Shown here: piece after piece, positions 9,233 through 19,246 of the stretch
How the letters are laid out: the number at the start of each line of letters is the position of its first letter
Numbering within the stretch: the first letter of the stretch is position 1
DNA from: an uncultured Gemmatimonadales bacterium
GTDB taxonomy: Bacteria > Gemmatimonadota > Gemmatimonadetes > Gemmatimonadales > Gemmatimonadaceae
Direction: 5' to 3'
Assembly (NCBI GenBank): GCA_963707505.1
Contig: CAVPQB010000004.1
Span: 1,248,001 to 1,312,000, forward strand
DNA length: 64,000 nucleotides
Position numbers and translations under genes: made by a program
The notes under the pieces: generated by a model
Seen by the model: only the letters and a program-made list of their open reading frames with translations
Told to the model about the DNA's origin: nothing
Database searches by the model: none

Positions 9233-9526
9233 TCAGCGTGGCGTACCGAGCCGAGGCGACGGGTGTTCGGCGTCAGACAGGAGCTTCGTGACGAACCGCT
9301 GACCCTCGGCGATTCGCTCGACCTCGAGGGCGATCGCCTCTGTGGTCTGCTCCAGCCGCTGGAGACGCTGCTCCATCGGCTGCAACGACTCCGGGGACGG
9401 ACTGCTCGCGATCACCTTCCCGCGCCGAGCCCGTGTAAACGCGACGATCGTCCAACCAACGATCCCGAGGCTCAGTACTACGGCCAGACTGGAAATCGCG
9501 GAGTCTATCACGAAGGTAGGGTCCAT
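9233..9526 (-). CDS. Small single-pass membrane protein with coiled-coil tail
   Basis: N-terminal TM helix followed by RLQRLEQTTEAIALEVERIAEGQRFVTKLL. Confidence 0.75.
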   Translation of the reverse strand: MDPTFVIDSAISSLAVVLSLGIVGWTIVAFTRARRGKVIASSPSPESLQPMEQRLQRLEQTTEAIALEVERIAEGQRFVTKLLSDAEHPSPRLGTPR

Positions 9527-9554
9527 CGTCAGGTCTCATGTAGTTGGATTAACA

Positions 9555-9592
9555 TCTGGCACGCACCACGTGTAAACGGTTTACGTGCCAGA
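9555..9592. repeat. Inverted repeat (possible ndk terminator or operator)
   Basis: TCTGGCACG (9555-9563) and CGTGCCAGA (9584-9592) are perfect 9-bp arms; inner GTAAAC-G-GTTTAC palindrome. Confidence 0.5.
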
Positions 9593-9624
9593 CTCATAAC
9601 GATTACTCGTGCTGGGACTACACG

Positions 9625-10053
9625 TTACCGGGCGCGAATTATCTCGCTCTCCGAAAAGAAGAACCGTGCTTCGCGCGCCGCGTTATCATCGGAATCGGAT
9701 GCATGGATCGCATTCCGCTCCTTCGACTCGGCGAAGAGCTTGCGAACGGTTCCGGCATCGGCTTCAGCTGGATCGGTTGCGCCGATCGCGACACGCAGCG
9801 CTGCAACCGCATCTGCCTTTTCAAGAACCATCGGCATGCACGGTCCCGACGTCATGAAGCTGCATAGCGACCCATAGAATGGCCGCTCGCAGTGCACTGC
9901 GTAGAACTCCTTCGCCTCGGCGTCGCTTAGATGCATGACTCGCGCTGCGCGAACCTTGAAGCCCTGCTGCTCGAGGTGGGCGATGACCTTGCCTGCCTTT
10001 CCCGAGTTGAATGCGTCGGGCTTGATGATCGTGAGTGTGTAGTCGCCAGCCAT
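9625..10053 (-). CDS. ndk: Nucleoside diphosphate kinase
   Basis: TLTIIKPDA, RPFYGSL, GATDP, NAIHASDS catalytic His. Confidence 0.97.
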   Translation of the reverse strand: MAGDYTLTIIKPDAFNSGKAGKVIAHLEQQGFKVRAARVMHLSDAEAKEFYAVHCERPFYGSLCSFMTSGPCMPMVLEKADAVAALRVAIGATDPAEADAGTVRKLFAESKERNAIHASDSDDNAAREARFFFSESEIIRAR

Positions 10054-10926
10054 TTACTTCATGCGCTCCTTTAGAAGTCCAACAACGTCGATCGGTCGCT
10101 TGGCGACGCCAAGTCCGTTTTCCTCGAATGCCTGCATCTTCTCTGCAGCAGTACCGGCTGATCCGGAGATGATCGCGCCTGCGTGACCCATGCGACGGCC
10201 TGGCGGTGCGGTCTGGCCGGCGATGAAGCCGACTACGGGCTTGGTCATCTTCTCCTTCACGAACTTCGCTGCTTCCTGCTCATCGGTACCGCCGATCTCG
10301 CCGATCATGACGACCGCCGTCGTGTCGGGATCGCTCTCGAATGCTGCGAGGCAGTCGATGAAGTTGGTTCCGTTGATCGGATCGCCGCCAATGCCGACGC
10401 ATGTCGTCTGGCCCATTCCTGCGCGCGTCATCTGGTAGACGAGCTCGTACGTGAGCGTGCCGGACCGGCTGACGAGTCCGATCGGTCCAGGCGTGCAGAT
10501 ACGGCCCGGGATGATTCCAACCTTCGATTTCCCCGGAGAGATGAGTCCGGGGCAGTTGGGGCCGAGCAGACGAACGCCCTTCTCCTTCATGAATGGATAG
10601 ACGAAGGTCATGTCGAGCACGGGCACGCCTTCGGTAATGCAGACGACGAATTCGATGCCGGCGTCAGCCGCTTCCATCATTGCGTCGGCGGCGCCGATGG
10701 GTGGCACGTAGATGACGCTCGTGTTGGCGCCTGTCTCACGAACCGCATCGTAAACGGTGTTGAACACCGGCACGGTGTTCTCGAACTTCTGGCCGCCCTT
10801 GCCCGGCGTTACACCGGCGACGACGTGCGTGCCGTACTCCATCATCTGCTTCGTGTGGAACGATCCGTCGCGTCCGGTGATGCCCTGCACGACGAGCTTT
10901 GTGTTGTTGTCGATGAAGATGCTCAT
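10054..10926 (-). CDS. sucD: Succinyl-CoA synthetase alpha subunit
   Basis: [37 protein letters not shown]. Confidence 0.98.
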   Translation of the reverse strand: MSIFIDNNTKLVVQGITGRDGSFHTKQMMEYGTHVVAGVTPGKGGQKFENTVPVFNTVYDAVRETGANTSVIYVPPIGAADAMMEAADAGIEFVVCITEGVPVLDMTFVYPFMKEKGVRLLGPNCPGLISPGKSKVGIIPGRICTPGPIGLVSRSGTLTYELVYQMTRAGMGQTTCVGIGGDPINGTNFIDCLAAFESDPDTTAVVMIGEIGGTDEQEAAKFVKEKMTKPVVGFIAGQTAPPGRRMGHAGAIISGSAGTAAEKMQAFEENGLGVAKRPIDVVGLLKERMK

Positions 10927-12065
10927 GCTGCTTTCCCCGTCGCGAGCGCGACCGCTTTCTTCACCGCTTCGTCCATGTCGGTCATCGCGCTGAATCCGTT
11001 TTCCGTAAGAATCTTCACCGCAATCTCTTCGTTGGTGCCGGTGAGACGAATGACTATTGGCACCTTGAGCGGGTTTGCCCTGGTTGCCGTGACGATGCCG
11101 TTCGCGACGTCATCGGTGCGTGTGATTCCGCCGAAGATGTTGAACAGGATCGCCTTCACGTTGGGATCGCTCGTGATGATCTTGAGCGCGTTGACGACCT
11201 TCTCAGGGTTGCTCGAACCACCGATGTCGAGAAAGTTGGCCGGATCGCCGCCGTAGTACTTGACGAGATCCATGGTTGCCATCGCGAGACCTGCACCGTT
11301 CACGACGCAGCCGACGTTCCCGTCCAGCTTGATGAACGTGAGGTTTGCCTCGCGTGCTTCAACTTCACTCGGCGCTTCGGATGATTCGTCGCGCAGCGCT
11401 GCAATGCTGGGCCGACGATCGAGCTCGTTGTCGTCGATCACCATCTTGGCATCGAGCGCGAGCACTTCGCCGTCCGGTGTCGTAACGAGAGGATTGATCT
11501 CGGCGAGTGACGCACCGCTATCCATGAAGGCGTGATACAGATCCTGCATGATTTTCGCGGCGGCGCGAACCTGCTTCACATCCTTGTAAAGAAAGAAGCC
11601 AAGCTCCATCGCCTGGAAGCCACGCAGTCCGTACCGTGAGTCGATCGGCAGACGCATGATCTTCTCTGGCGTCGTCGCTGCAACTTCCTCGATGTCGATG
11701 CCGCCGGCGGGACTCACCATGAAGACCGGTTTCTTGGAGACGCGATCGAGGATGATGCCCGCGTATGCCTCTGTCGCGATGTCTGCGGCGGGGGTGACGA
11801 GCACCTTCTCGACCGTGATTCCCTTGATCTGCATGCCGAGAATGCGCGATGCTACTTCCTTCGCTTCCGCTGGCGTCTTGGCGAGCTTGACGCCGCCAGC
11901 CTTGCCGCGGCCGCCGGCATGCACCTGCGCCTTGACGACCACAGTCGTCCCAAAACGGCGCGCGATCTGCTCGGCTTCATCGGCCGTCGTGGCCACGTCG
12001 CCCGGCGGGATCGGGACCCCGTGTGCGCGAAAGATCTCTTTCGCCTGATATTCGTGAATATTCAA
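10923..12065 (-). CDS. sucC: Succinyl-CoA synthetase beta subunit
   Basis: TTG start after GGAG giving [47 protein letters not shown]. Confidence 0.97.
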   Translation of the reverse strand: MNIHEYQAKEIFRAHGVPIPPGDVATTADEAEQIARRFGTTVVVKAQVHAGGRGKAGGVKLAKTPAEAKEVASRILGMQIKGITVEKVLVTPAADIATEAYAGIILDRVSKKPVFMVSPAGGIDIEEVAATTPEKIMRLPIDSRYGLRGFQAMELGFFLYKDVKQVRAAAKIMQDLYHAFMDSGASLAEINPLVTTPDGEVLALDAKMVIDDNELDRRPSIAALRDESSEAPSEVEAREANLTFIKLDGNVGCVVNGAGLAMATMDLVKYYGGDPANFLDIGGSSNPEKVVNALKIITSDPNVKAILFNIFGGITRTDDVANGIVTATRANPLKVPIVIRLTGTNEEIAVKILTENGFSAMTDMDEAVKKAVALATGKAA

Positions 12066-12087
12066 GTTGGCTCCGGTAATTAATGCA

Positions 12088-13038
12088 CTATGCGGGAACG
12101 ATCTCCGTCCCCGCCTTTCCCGCGACGGCATTGCTGCCCCGCGAAAGCTCTGTAATAATGGCACGGCCGCCGGTCTGGCGCACGTACTTTGCGGCCGCAC
12201 GGACTTTTGGCGCCATACTGCCCTCTCCGAACGCCTTTTGGCGGTCGAGGTCGGCGACTTCCTGAACGGTAAGGCGAGGCAGCGCTCGCTGCGCAGCCTT
12301 GCCCCAATCGGCGTAAACGGCGTCCACGTCGGTGAGGATCATGAACAGATCAGCGCCGATTCCGGCGGCAAGCACGGCAGCGGCGAGATCCTTGTCGACG
12401 ACGCAATCGACGCCTTCGAGTGCGCCTGACGCATCGCGAAACACGGGAATACCGCCGCCGCCGCAGGCGACAACGAGCACACCGTCGTCGAGAAGCGACT
12501 GGATCACACGCTCTTCGTGAATCTCGACTGGGCTGGGACTTCCGACGACGCGGCGCAATCTTCCGTTGCCGTCTCTGGCGGTCGCAATGCCCTGCTTCGC
12601 GAGCTCCCGTGCCCGTTCATCGGGGAGCTCGTGACCCACGAATTTGGATGGATGCTCCAGCGCTGGATCGCGCTCGTCAACCACTACCTGCGTGAGCACG
12701 GTGACGACGCGCCGATCGCTTCCAGCGGCACGCAACGCGTTCTCCAAAGACTGCTGGATCATGTAGCCGATCCAGCCCGCGGTGGCAGCGACGAGTACGC
12801 CGAGTGGAAGCGGCTCGACGGTAGCGCGGGCTTCCTCGTTACGAACGAGCTCGTCTCCTACCTGCGGTCCGTTGCCGTGAACGATGCAGACGTTCCAGCC
12901 ATCGTTCGCTAGCGCGACGATCGGGCCAAGGCTTTCCCGCGTGTGTCTGAACTGATCGAAAATGGTCGATCGCTCGCCGGCCGGTGACAACGCATTCCCG
13001 CCAAGGGCGATAACCGCCGTCTTGCTCGACTTGTGCAT
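12088..13038 (-). CDS. arcC: Carbamate kinase
   Basis: VIALGGNAL, HGNGPQVG, RRVVGSP, CGGGGIPV, VDKDL, GSMAPKV. Confidence 0.93.
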   Translation of the reverse strand: MHKSSKTAVIALGGNALSPAGERSTIFDQFRHTRESLGPIVALANDGWNVCIVHGNGPQVGDELVRNEEARATVEPLPLGVLVAATAGWIGYMIQQSLENALRAAGSDRRVVTVLTQVVVDERDPALEHPSKFVGHELPDERARELAKQGIATARDGNGRLRRVVGSPSPVEIHEERVIQSLLDDGVLVVACGGGGIPVFRDASGALEGVDCVVDKDLAAAVLAAGIGADLFMILTDVDAVYADWGKAAQRALPRLTVQEVADLDRQKAFGEGSMAPKVRAAAKYVRQTGGRAIITELSRGSNAVAGKAGTEIVPA

Positions 13039-14756
13039 CAGCGCCTACCCCGAATGATGACACCGAGCGAGTCGAATGCGGAGCCGAAGGCGCGCAGATC
13101 ACCCGAGTCGAGCGTCGCGCGCATGCGCTCGTAAATCCGTCCCACGTTTTCGCGGAAGAGCTGATCCTGGGCCGATGATCCGTTGGGTACAACGGGGGCG
13201 GCTGGAGGGGGCGTGATCATGTCGCGTGGCACGCCGGGCATGATGTAACTGCCAGGATGGGTACTGAACCAGGCGCGCGCTACAGGATCCAGCGCCGAAT
13301 CTGGAACGATTATCGTGGCTGCAGTCCCACCGCTCACGTACGCCGTTGCAGCGTGGTGCCTGTAGGTGAGGCGCGCACCGTACACGGAATGTGGCGCGCT
13401 GAGCGGGTATGTCTGGCTGATTGTATAGAGGTCGATCACCCACAACACGCCGCGCGAGGTCGGAATCGCACCAATGCTACCGGACAGTGCAAATACTGGA
13501 GCGAGCGCGGCAACTCTGCTTCGAATGTCGCGCTCGCGAATGAATGCCGCATTTGACGGAATTGCGTCGGACATCAGGCGCGGATTCTGCTCCGACCACG
13601 CGTGCATCAAACGTGCGAAGCCGTCACCAAGTCTTGGCGCAGTGATCATGCGTGGAACGTCATGCACGACCTCGGCACCGCGGGCACCGGGAAAGACAAC
13701 GTCAGCAAGCGCACCTCGTATCTGCACCTGTCCGGCGTTCGCGAGCAGTGTCGAGTCGGCGAGGAACTTCATCGACGGCGCAATCGGCTCGTGCGGAAAC
13801 GCGCGCGCATTGAAGTCGGCCCGTGTTTCGCTGTACGGTCGCTCCATGGCAGCGTTCGCAGGCGACGTCGCTATTCGCGCGGAGACCCACGGCCCGACGA
13901 TCTGGGCCGCAATCGTGCCAATTATGATCACGGTGACGCTGGCAAACGCAGTTACGGTTTGGCCCATCCATCCTGCAACGAGCAGCACGACAGCGGCGCC
14001 AAGTGTGACGAGCGAGAGCGCAAGATCGCTCGGGATCAACCAGACGTGATCGGTCCGCGTAAGGAGTCCGTCCGGCCCGCTGCCCTGAATCAGCTCACGA
14101 AACGCGTCGAGGCGAAAGCCCCAGGCTGCGAATAGCAGAAGGATGGCGCCGAGGACGGTGATGTGCCGTCGCGCATACGGCGTGACGTGAATGCCTCGGG
14201 AGTCCCAGCTCAGGCTTGGCGTGAGCGCGTACAGCGCAACCACGACGATCGCAGTCATTGCGAAAAGCGCAAGGCACCACTGATACAGGCCTGTCTCGAG
14301 CGGAAGCCACGTAACAAAGTGGCTCAGGTCGAGGGTGAAGTATGGATCTGTCTCGGCGAACGTAACGTTTGAGCGCCACAGCGCTAGCGTCGTCCAGGAC
14401 GGCAATGCAAGGAGACTCACGGCGGTGATGCCCATGCTCACTGCCGCGGTAAGCGCGCGTAGCCTTGTCGATGGTACTTCCTCACCGAACTCGACGTTCG
14501 CCAGCCGCTTCGGGACTATCAGCGCGACGACTGACCTGCGCACTGCGGACACGTTGATCCATGTGAAGGCGATCCCGATCACGAGAGCGCAACCGTACAG
14601 CCACAGAACGTTGGACACGCGCGCGCCCCATACCGACAGCGCACCGAGGTTGGCGAACCACTCCTGGTTGGAGTAGATGATCGCCGCGGCGCGCCCGGCG
14701 AGAAGTAGCGCCGCGGCCAGGGCGAGGGCGGCGCTGAGCCGCTGGCCGCGCGTCAC
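13038..14756 (-). CDS. UPF0182 family membrane protein (shortened)
   Basis: N-terminal multi-TM region with EWFANLG and DPYFTLDLSHFVTWLP; ERPY..TR; RDIRSRVAALAP; WVIDLYTISQTYPLS; C-terminal GDLRAFGSAFDSL. Confidence 0.75.
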   Translation of the reverse strand: MTRGQRLSAALALAAALLLAGRAAAIIYSNQEWFANLGALSVWGARVSNVLWLYGCALVIGIAFTWINVSAVRRSVVALIVPKRLANVEFGEEVPSTRLRALTAAVSMGITAVSLLALPSWTTLALWRSNVTFAETDPYFTLDLSHFVTWLPLETGLYQWCLALFAMTAIVVVALYALTPSLSWDSRGIHVTPYARRHITVLGAILLLFAAWGFRLDAFRELIQGSGPDGLLTRTDHVWLIPSDLALSLVTLGAAVVLLVAGWMGQTVTAFASVTVIIIGTIAAQIVGPWVSARIATSPANAAMERPYSETRADFNARAFPHEPIAPSMKFLADSTLLANAGQVQIRGALADVVFPGARGAEVVHDVPRMITAPRLGDGFARLMHAWSEQNPRLMSDAIPSNAAFIRERDIRSRVAALAPVFALSGSIGAIPTSRGVLWVIDLYTISQTYPLSAPHSVYGARLTYRHHAATAYVSGGTAATIIVPDSALDPVARAWFSTHPGSYIMPGVPRDMITPPPAAPVVPNGSSAQDQLFRENVGRIYERMRATLDSGDLRAFGSAFDSLGVIIRGRR

Positions 14757-14757
14757 G

Positions 14758-16123
14758 TCAGATCTGGACGCCGTGCTGCGTGAGCCATCCCTCTATCTCT
14801 GCGCGAATCGCATCCAGCTGATCGCGGGTGCGCGCCTCGAACCGGAGCACGATCACCGGCTGCGTGTTCGATGCGCGAATGAGTCCCCATCCACCGGGAT
14901 ACTGGATTCGTACCCCATCCACATCGATAGTGGTGTATTTGGCGCTGAAATACTTCACGGCGTCACTCACGATCCCGAACTTCTTGTCATCGGGGCACGT
15001 GACTCGAATCTCAGGGGTGGATACGAAACGTGGAACGTCCGCGAGCAGTTCGTCGAATCGACTTGCCGGAGTCTGCAACGATCTTGAGCAGTCGCGCTGC
15101 GCCGTACAGAGCGTCGTCGAAACCGTACCAGCCCTCATCGAAGTACATGTGGCCGGACATCTCGCCCGCGAGCGGTGCGTGCATCTCGTGCATCTTCTCC
15201 TCGATCAGCGAGTGGCCGGTCTTCCACATCACCGGTACACCACCAGCCTTCTGAATGGCATCGGGGAGCGCCTGCGAGCATTTCACGTCGAATATTATCG
15301 GTGCGTTCTTCACACGTGTGAGGACATCGCGCGCATAGAGGAGCAGCAGATAATCTCCCCAGATGACGTCGCCGTTCCGCTGAACGACGCCAATCCGGTC
15401 CGCGTCGCCGTCGAATGCAATGCCGAAGTCATAGCCGCCCTTGTACATCTCGTTGACCAGGTCCTCGAGATTCTCCGGGACGGTAGGGTCTGCATGGTGA
15501 TTGGGGAACGTTCCATCACTGTCGCAGAACATGCACGTGACGTCGACACCGAGCTTTGCGAACAGCTTTGGCGCGACGAGGGCGCCGACGCCGTTACCGG
15601 CATCGGCCGCGATGCGAAGAGGGCGCGAGATCTTGCCGATTCGACTCACTACATCGTCGATGTAGCGATCGATGACGGCTTCATCGCGCCGGCTGCCTTT
15701 CCCTTCGGGGAAAATGCCACCGGCAGCGAGCTGATAGATGCGTTGAATGTCGTTGCCGTAAATCGACGCCCTGCCGATGCCGAGCTTGAATCCGTTGTAC
15801 TCGGGAGGGTTGTGCGACCCGGTGATCTGGATACCGGCGACGACATCCAGATTGTGCTGCGTCCAGTAGGCGACGGGTGTCGGAACGATGCCGATGTCCA
15901 CGACGTCAATACCGCTCTCGATCAGGCCTGTAACCAGTGCGTCGTGGAGACCATCGCCGCTTGGCCGGTTGTCGCGCCCGACAGCGACTGATCCCGTAAG
16001 CCTCCGCTCCTGCAGCAACGCCGCGAATGCGCGTCCAACCACGCGCGCGACGTCTGGTGTCAGCTCTGTCCCTGTGATTCCACGAATGTCGTACTCGCGA
16101 AAGATGTCGCGAACGAGATTCAC
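14758..16123 (-). CDS. Phosphomannomutase/phosphoglucomutase (frameshift at about 15058)
   Basis: IFREYDIRG, ITGSHNP, FDGDADR, GEMSGH; the C-terminal STPEIR...DGVR...GLIRASNTQP is in the adjacent frame after a one-base insertion. Confidence 0.92.
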
Positions 16124-17643
16124 CGGGGCACAACCTGGCTCACTTGTGGTGCAGGCGCGCGCAGGTACGATCCCTGGTGTTGTGTGAGGCTGACGAGCGC
16201 GTTAGGGTACACGCCGAGGATTAGAAGGATCACGGTGGAGAGTCCGATGACCCAACGTGTGGCGGACCCCACGCTGCGTGGATCGCTGACCGTGTTCACC
16301 TCGCGCCGCGGCTTCATGAACATGACGAGAACGACGTACATGTAGTAGCCGGCCGATATGACACTCGTGAGCACCAGCAACACCGCGAGACGGGTCTGCG
16401 GCTCAGGCGCATAAAGCGCGGACTGAATCACGTACCACTTCGCGAAGAAGCCGGCTCCGCCAAAGATCGGGAAGCCCAGCAGCGACAACATGCAGACGGC
16501 CATCGCGACGCTGAGCCACGGACGCGACGTCCACAGTCCGGCGTAATCGTCCACGTTGAGGTACGGCTCGCCGCTCTGACCGAGTGCGACCACGACGCCA
16601 AAGGCGCCGAATGTGGCGAGCGTATATGCGACTATGTAGAAGAGGAACGCCGAGCTTCCGAGTGCCTGTCCCGATGCTAGCACGACGAGGATGTATCCCG
16701 CATGAGCGATGCTGGAGTAGGCCAGCAGGCGCTTGATGTCCTTCGATGCAAGCGCGATCAGATTACCAACGACCATCGTGATCGCGGCAAGCCACCAGAC
16801 TGCGATGTGCCAGGTCGGGATCTCGCCCGCGAACGCTTCGAGGAACACGCGCAGGAATGCGGCAAACGCAGCAGCCTTGACCGCCGCTGCCATGTACGCC
16901 GTGATCGGCGTCGGTGCGCCCTCGTAGACGTCCGGCGCCCACATGTGGAACGGCGCGAGCGCTACTTTGAAGCCAAAACCGATCAGCATGAGTCCAATGC
17001 CGATGAGCAACATCGGCGCGGACATGATCTGATTGGCAGCGACCCGCTCGCCGATCAGCGTGAGACTGGTCGTTCCGGTCGCGCCGTACACCAGCGCGAT
17101 TCCATAAAGCAGGAACCCCGTCGAGAACGCGCCGAGCAGGAAGTACTTGATCGCGCCCTCAGCGGACTTCTCGCTGCGGCGATTCATGCCTGTGAGGATG
17201 TAAACCGCGATCGACATCAGCTCGATGCCGAGGAAGACGATCGTGAGATCGCGCGCCGCGGCGAGTATCATCATGCCCGACGTCGCGAAGATAACGAGCA
17301 CGTGCGACTCAGCAGGAAGAATCCCTTCCCGAGTGTTGTAATCGAGTCCGAGTGCGATTGTGCCAGCCGTGGCGGCGAGCAGGACGAGATCGACGATCCA
17401 GCGGAAGTTGTCGACGGCTATTACGCCGGCGCCAGCTGTCGCGTGCACCGACATGAAATACACCACGAAGATGGCGGACACCACGCATACGCCGATCGCG
17501 GCCGTGCCAACTCGGCGCTGCCGCTCCACGGATTCAGTTCCCCATGCAGAGACAAGCATCAGAACCATACCTCCGACCATCATGATGATGTCGGGGGTGA
17601 GCGCTGCGATCAGCTGCATCGACTGCGAAAGATCGAACGCCAC
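16120..17643 (-). CDS. nuoN: NADH-quinone oxidoreductase subunit N
   Basis: SAEGAIKYFLLG, FKVALAPFHMWAPDVYEGAP, KRLLAYSSIAHAGY; operon position. Confidence 0.97.
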   Translation of the reverse strand: MAFDLSQSMQLIAALTPDIIMMVGGMVLMLVSAWGTESVERQRRVGTAAIGVCVVSAIFVVYFMSVHATAGAGVIAVDNFRWIVDLVLLAATAGTIALGLDYNTREGILPAESHVLVIFATSGMMILAAARDLTIVFLGIELMSIAVYILTGMNRRSEKSAEGAIKYFLLGAFSTGFLLYGIALVYGATGTTSLTLIGERVAANQIMSAPMLLIGIGLMLIGFGFKVALAPFHMWAPDVYEGAPTPITAYMAAAVKAAAFAAFLRVFLEAFAGEIPTWHIAVWWLAAITMVVGNLIALASKDIKRLLAYSSIAHAGYILVVLASGQALGSSAFLFYIVAYTLATFGAFGVVVALGQSGEPYLNVDDYAGLWTSRPWLSVAMAVCMLSLLGFPIFGGAGFFAKWYVIQSALYAPEPQTRLAVLLVLTSVISAGYYMYVVLVMFMKPRREVNTVSDPRSVGSATRWVIGLSTVILLILGVYPNALVSLTQHQGSYLRAPAPQVSQVVPR

Positions 17644-17646
17644 TTG

Positions 17647-19237
17647 CTATTCTCCGCCCGGAAGGGCTGCTGTCTGCGACTCCGAGAGCGCCGCATTTGT
17701 CTGTACGGTACGAACAACCTTCTCAGCCGATGCTTCCATGCGCCGCAGCACTGGCGCCGGGATACACGCCGAGCCAGATGATGCAGGCGAACAACGGAAC
17801 CAGCAGCCCGATCTCACGCCAGTTGAGGTCCGGCATGTGCTCGTTCTGCGGCTTGTCCACCTTGCCAAAGAGAATGCGCTGGATTGCCCAGAGCAGATAA
17901 CAGGCGGCGAAGATCACGCCCGTCGTCGCGATCGCGGCGAAGATGGGATATGTCCGGAAGGCTCCAAGCAGCACGAGGAACTCGCCGACGAAGCCATTGA
18001 GACCGGGCAACCCGATGCTGCTGAACGAGACCAGCGTAAGTGCAGCCGCAAACATCGGCACCACTCTCGCGATTCCGCCGTAATCTGCGAGCATGCGCGT
18101 GTGGCGCCGCTCGTACATCATGCCAATGAGAAGGAAGAGCGCGCCGGTCGAGATTCCGTGATTGATCATTACGAGCAGCGCGCCCTGCACGCTCTGCACT
18201 GTCAGTGCGAAGATGCCGAGCATCACGAAGCCAAGGTGGCTGACCGAGGAATAAGCAACGAGCTTCTTGAAGTCCGGCTGAACCATCGCGACCAGCGCGC
18301 CGTAGATGATTCCTATCACCGCGAGCGTCAGTATGATCGCTCGCACGGTTGGATTCATTGCCGAGCCCGGAAACAGAGGCAGCGCGAAGCGCAGAAAGCC
18401 GAACGTTCCCATCTTGAGCATGATGCCTGCAAGAATCACCGAGCCGGCGGTCGGTGCTTCGGTGTGCGCGTCTGGCAACCACGTATGGAATGGGAATACC
18501 GGCACCTTGATCGCAAATGCGAGGAAGAATGCGCCGAACAACCAGAGCGCGGTCTTCGGTGTCAGCGCGCCAGACGCGAGCATGGCGTCGTAGCTGAAAT
18601 TCGGGATGCCCGTCAGGGCGTCGCGATTGTGAACGCCGAGGTAGATGATCGCCACGAGCATGAGCAGCGATCCGACCATCGTGTAGATGAAGAACTTGAG
18701 GCTGGCGTAAACCCTTCGCTGGCCGCCCCAGATGCCGATGACGAAGTACATCGGAATGAGCATCACTTCCCACATCACGTAGAACAGGAATAGGTCGCGC
18801 GCGAGAAACACGCCGAGCATTCCAGAAGTGAGAATGAGGAGAAAAGCCAGATAAGCGTGGACTCTGGTCTTGATCGCTGTCCACCCGCCGAGTACGGCAA
18901 GCGGCATCGTGAGCGTGGTGAGCAGCACGAGCATGAGCGAGATGCCGTCGACGCCGAGCGAGAAGCGCGCGCCCCACGAAGGAATCCACGCGTAGTCTAC
19001 TCCGGCCTGCCAGCCGGCGACTCCGGGAACGAACGACCACCAGAGTCCGCAGGAGACGACGAACTCTATGATGAGGGTCCAGACCGCTATCTGCCTTGCC
19101 GGCTCCGCGTTCGCGTCAGCGTCGTCACGGTGCGCGCCGCCCTGCGCCCACACAAGCAGCGCACCGACGAGCGGAATGATCAGCAGAGCCGGAAGGATCC
19201 ACGAGTTGTAGTGGATGCCGTTGAGGAAGTCTGTCAT
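17647..19237 (-). CDS. nuoM: NADH-quinone oxidoreductase subunit M (frameshift at about 17760)
   Basis: LFYVMWE, KVPVFPFHTWLPDAHTEAP, KKLVAYSSVSH, GLPGLNGFVGE; removing one extra C gives GVYPAPVLRRME to the stop at 17647. Confidence 0.95.
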
Positions 19238-19246
19238 TCGTTCGTC

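Noticed and set aside
12054..12064. TGAATATTCA palindrome resembling a Rex half-site pair at the sucC start
   Set aside because: The spacer is 2 nt rather than 4, and the sequence is explained by the conserved N-I-H codons.
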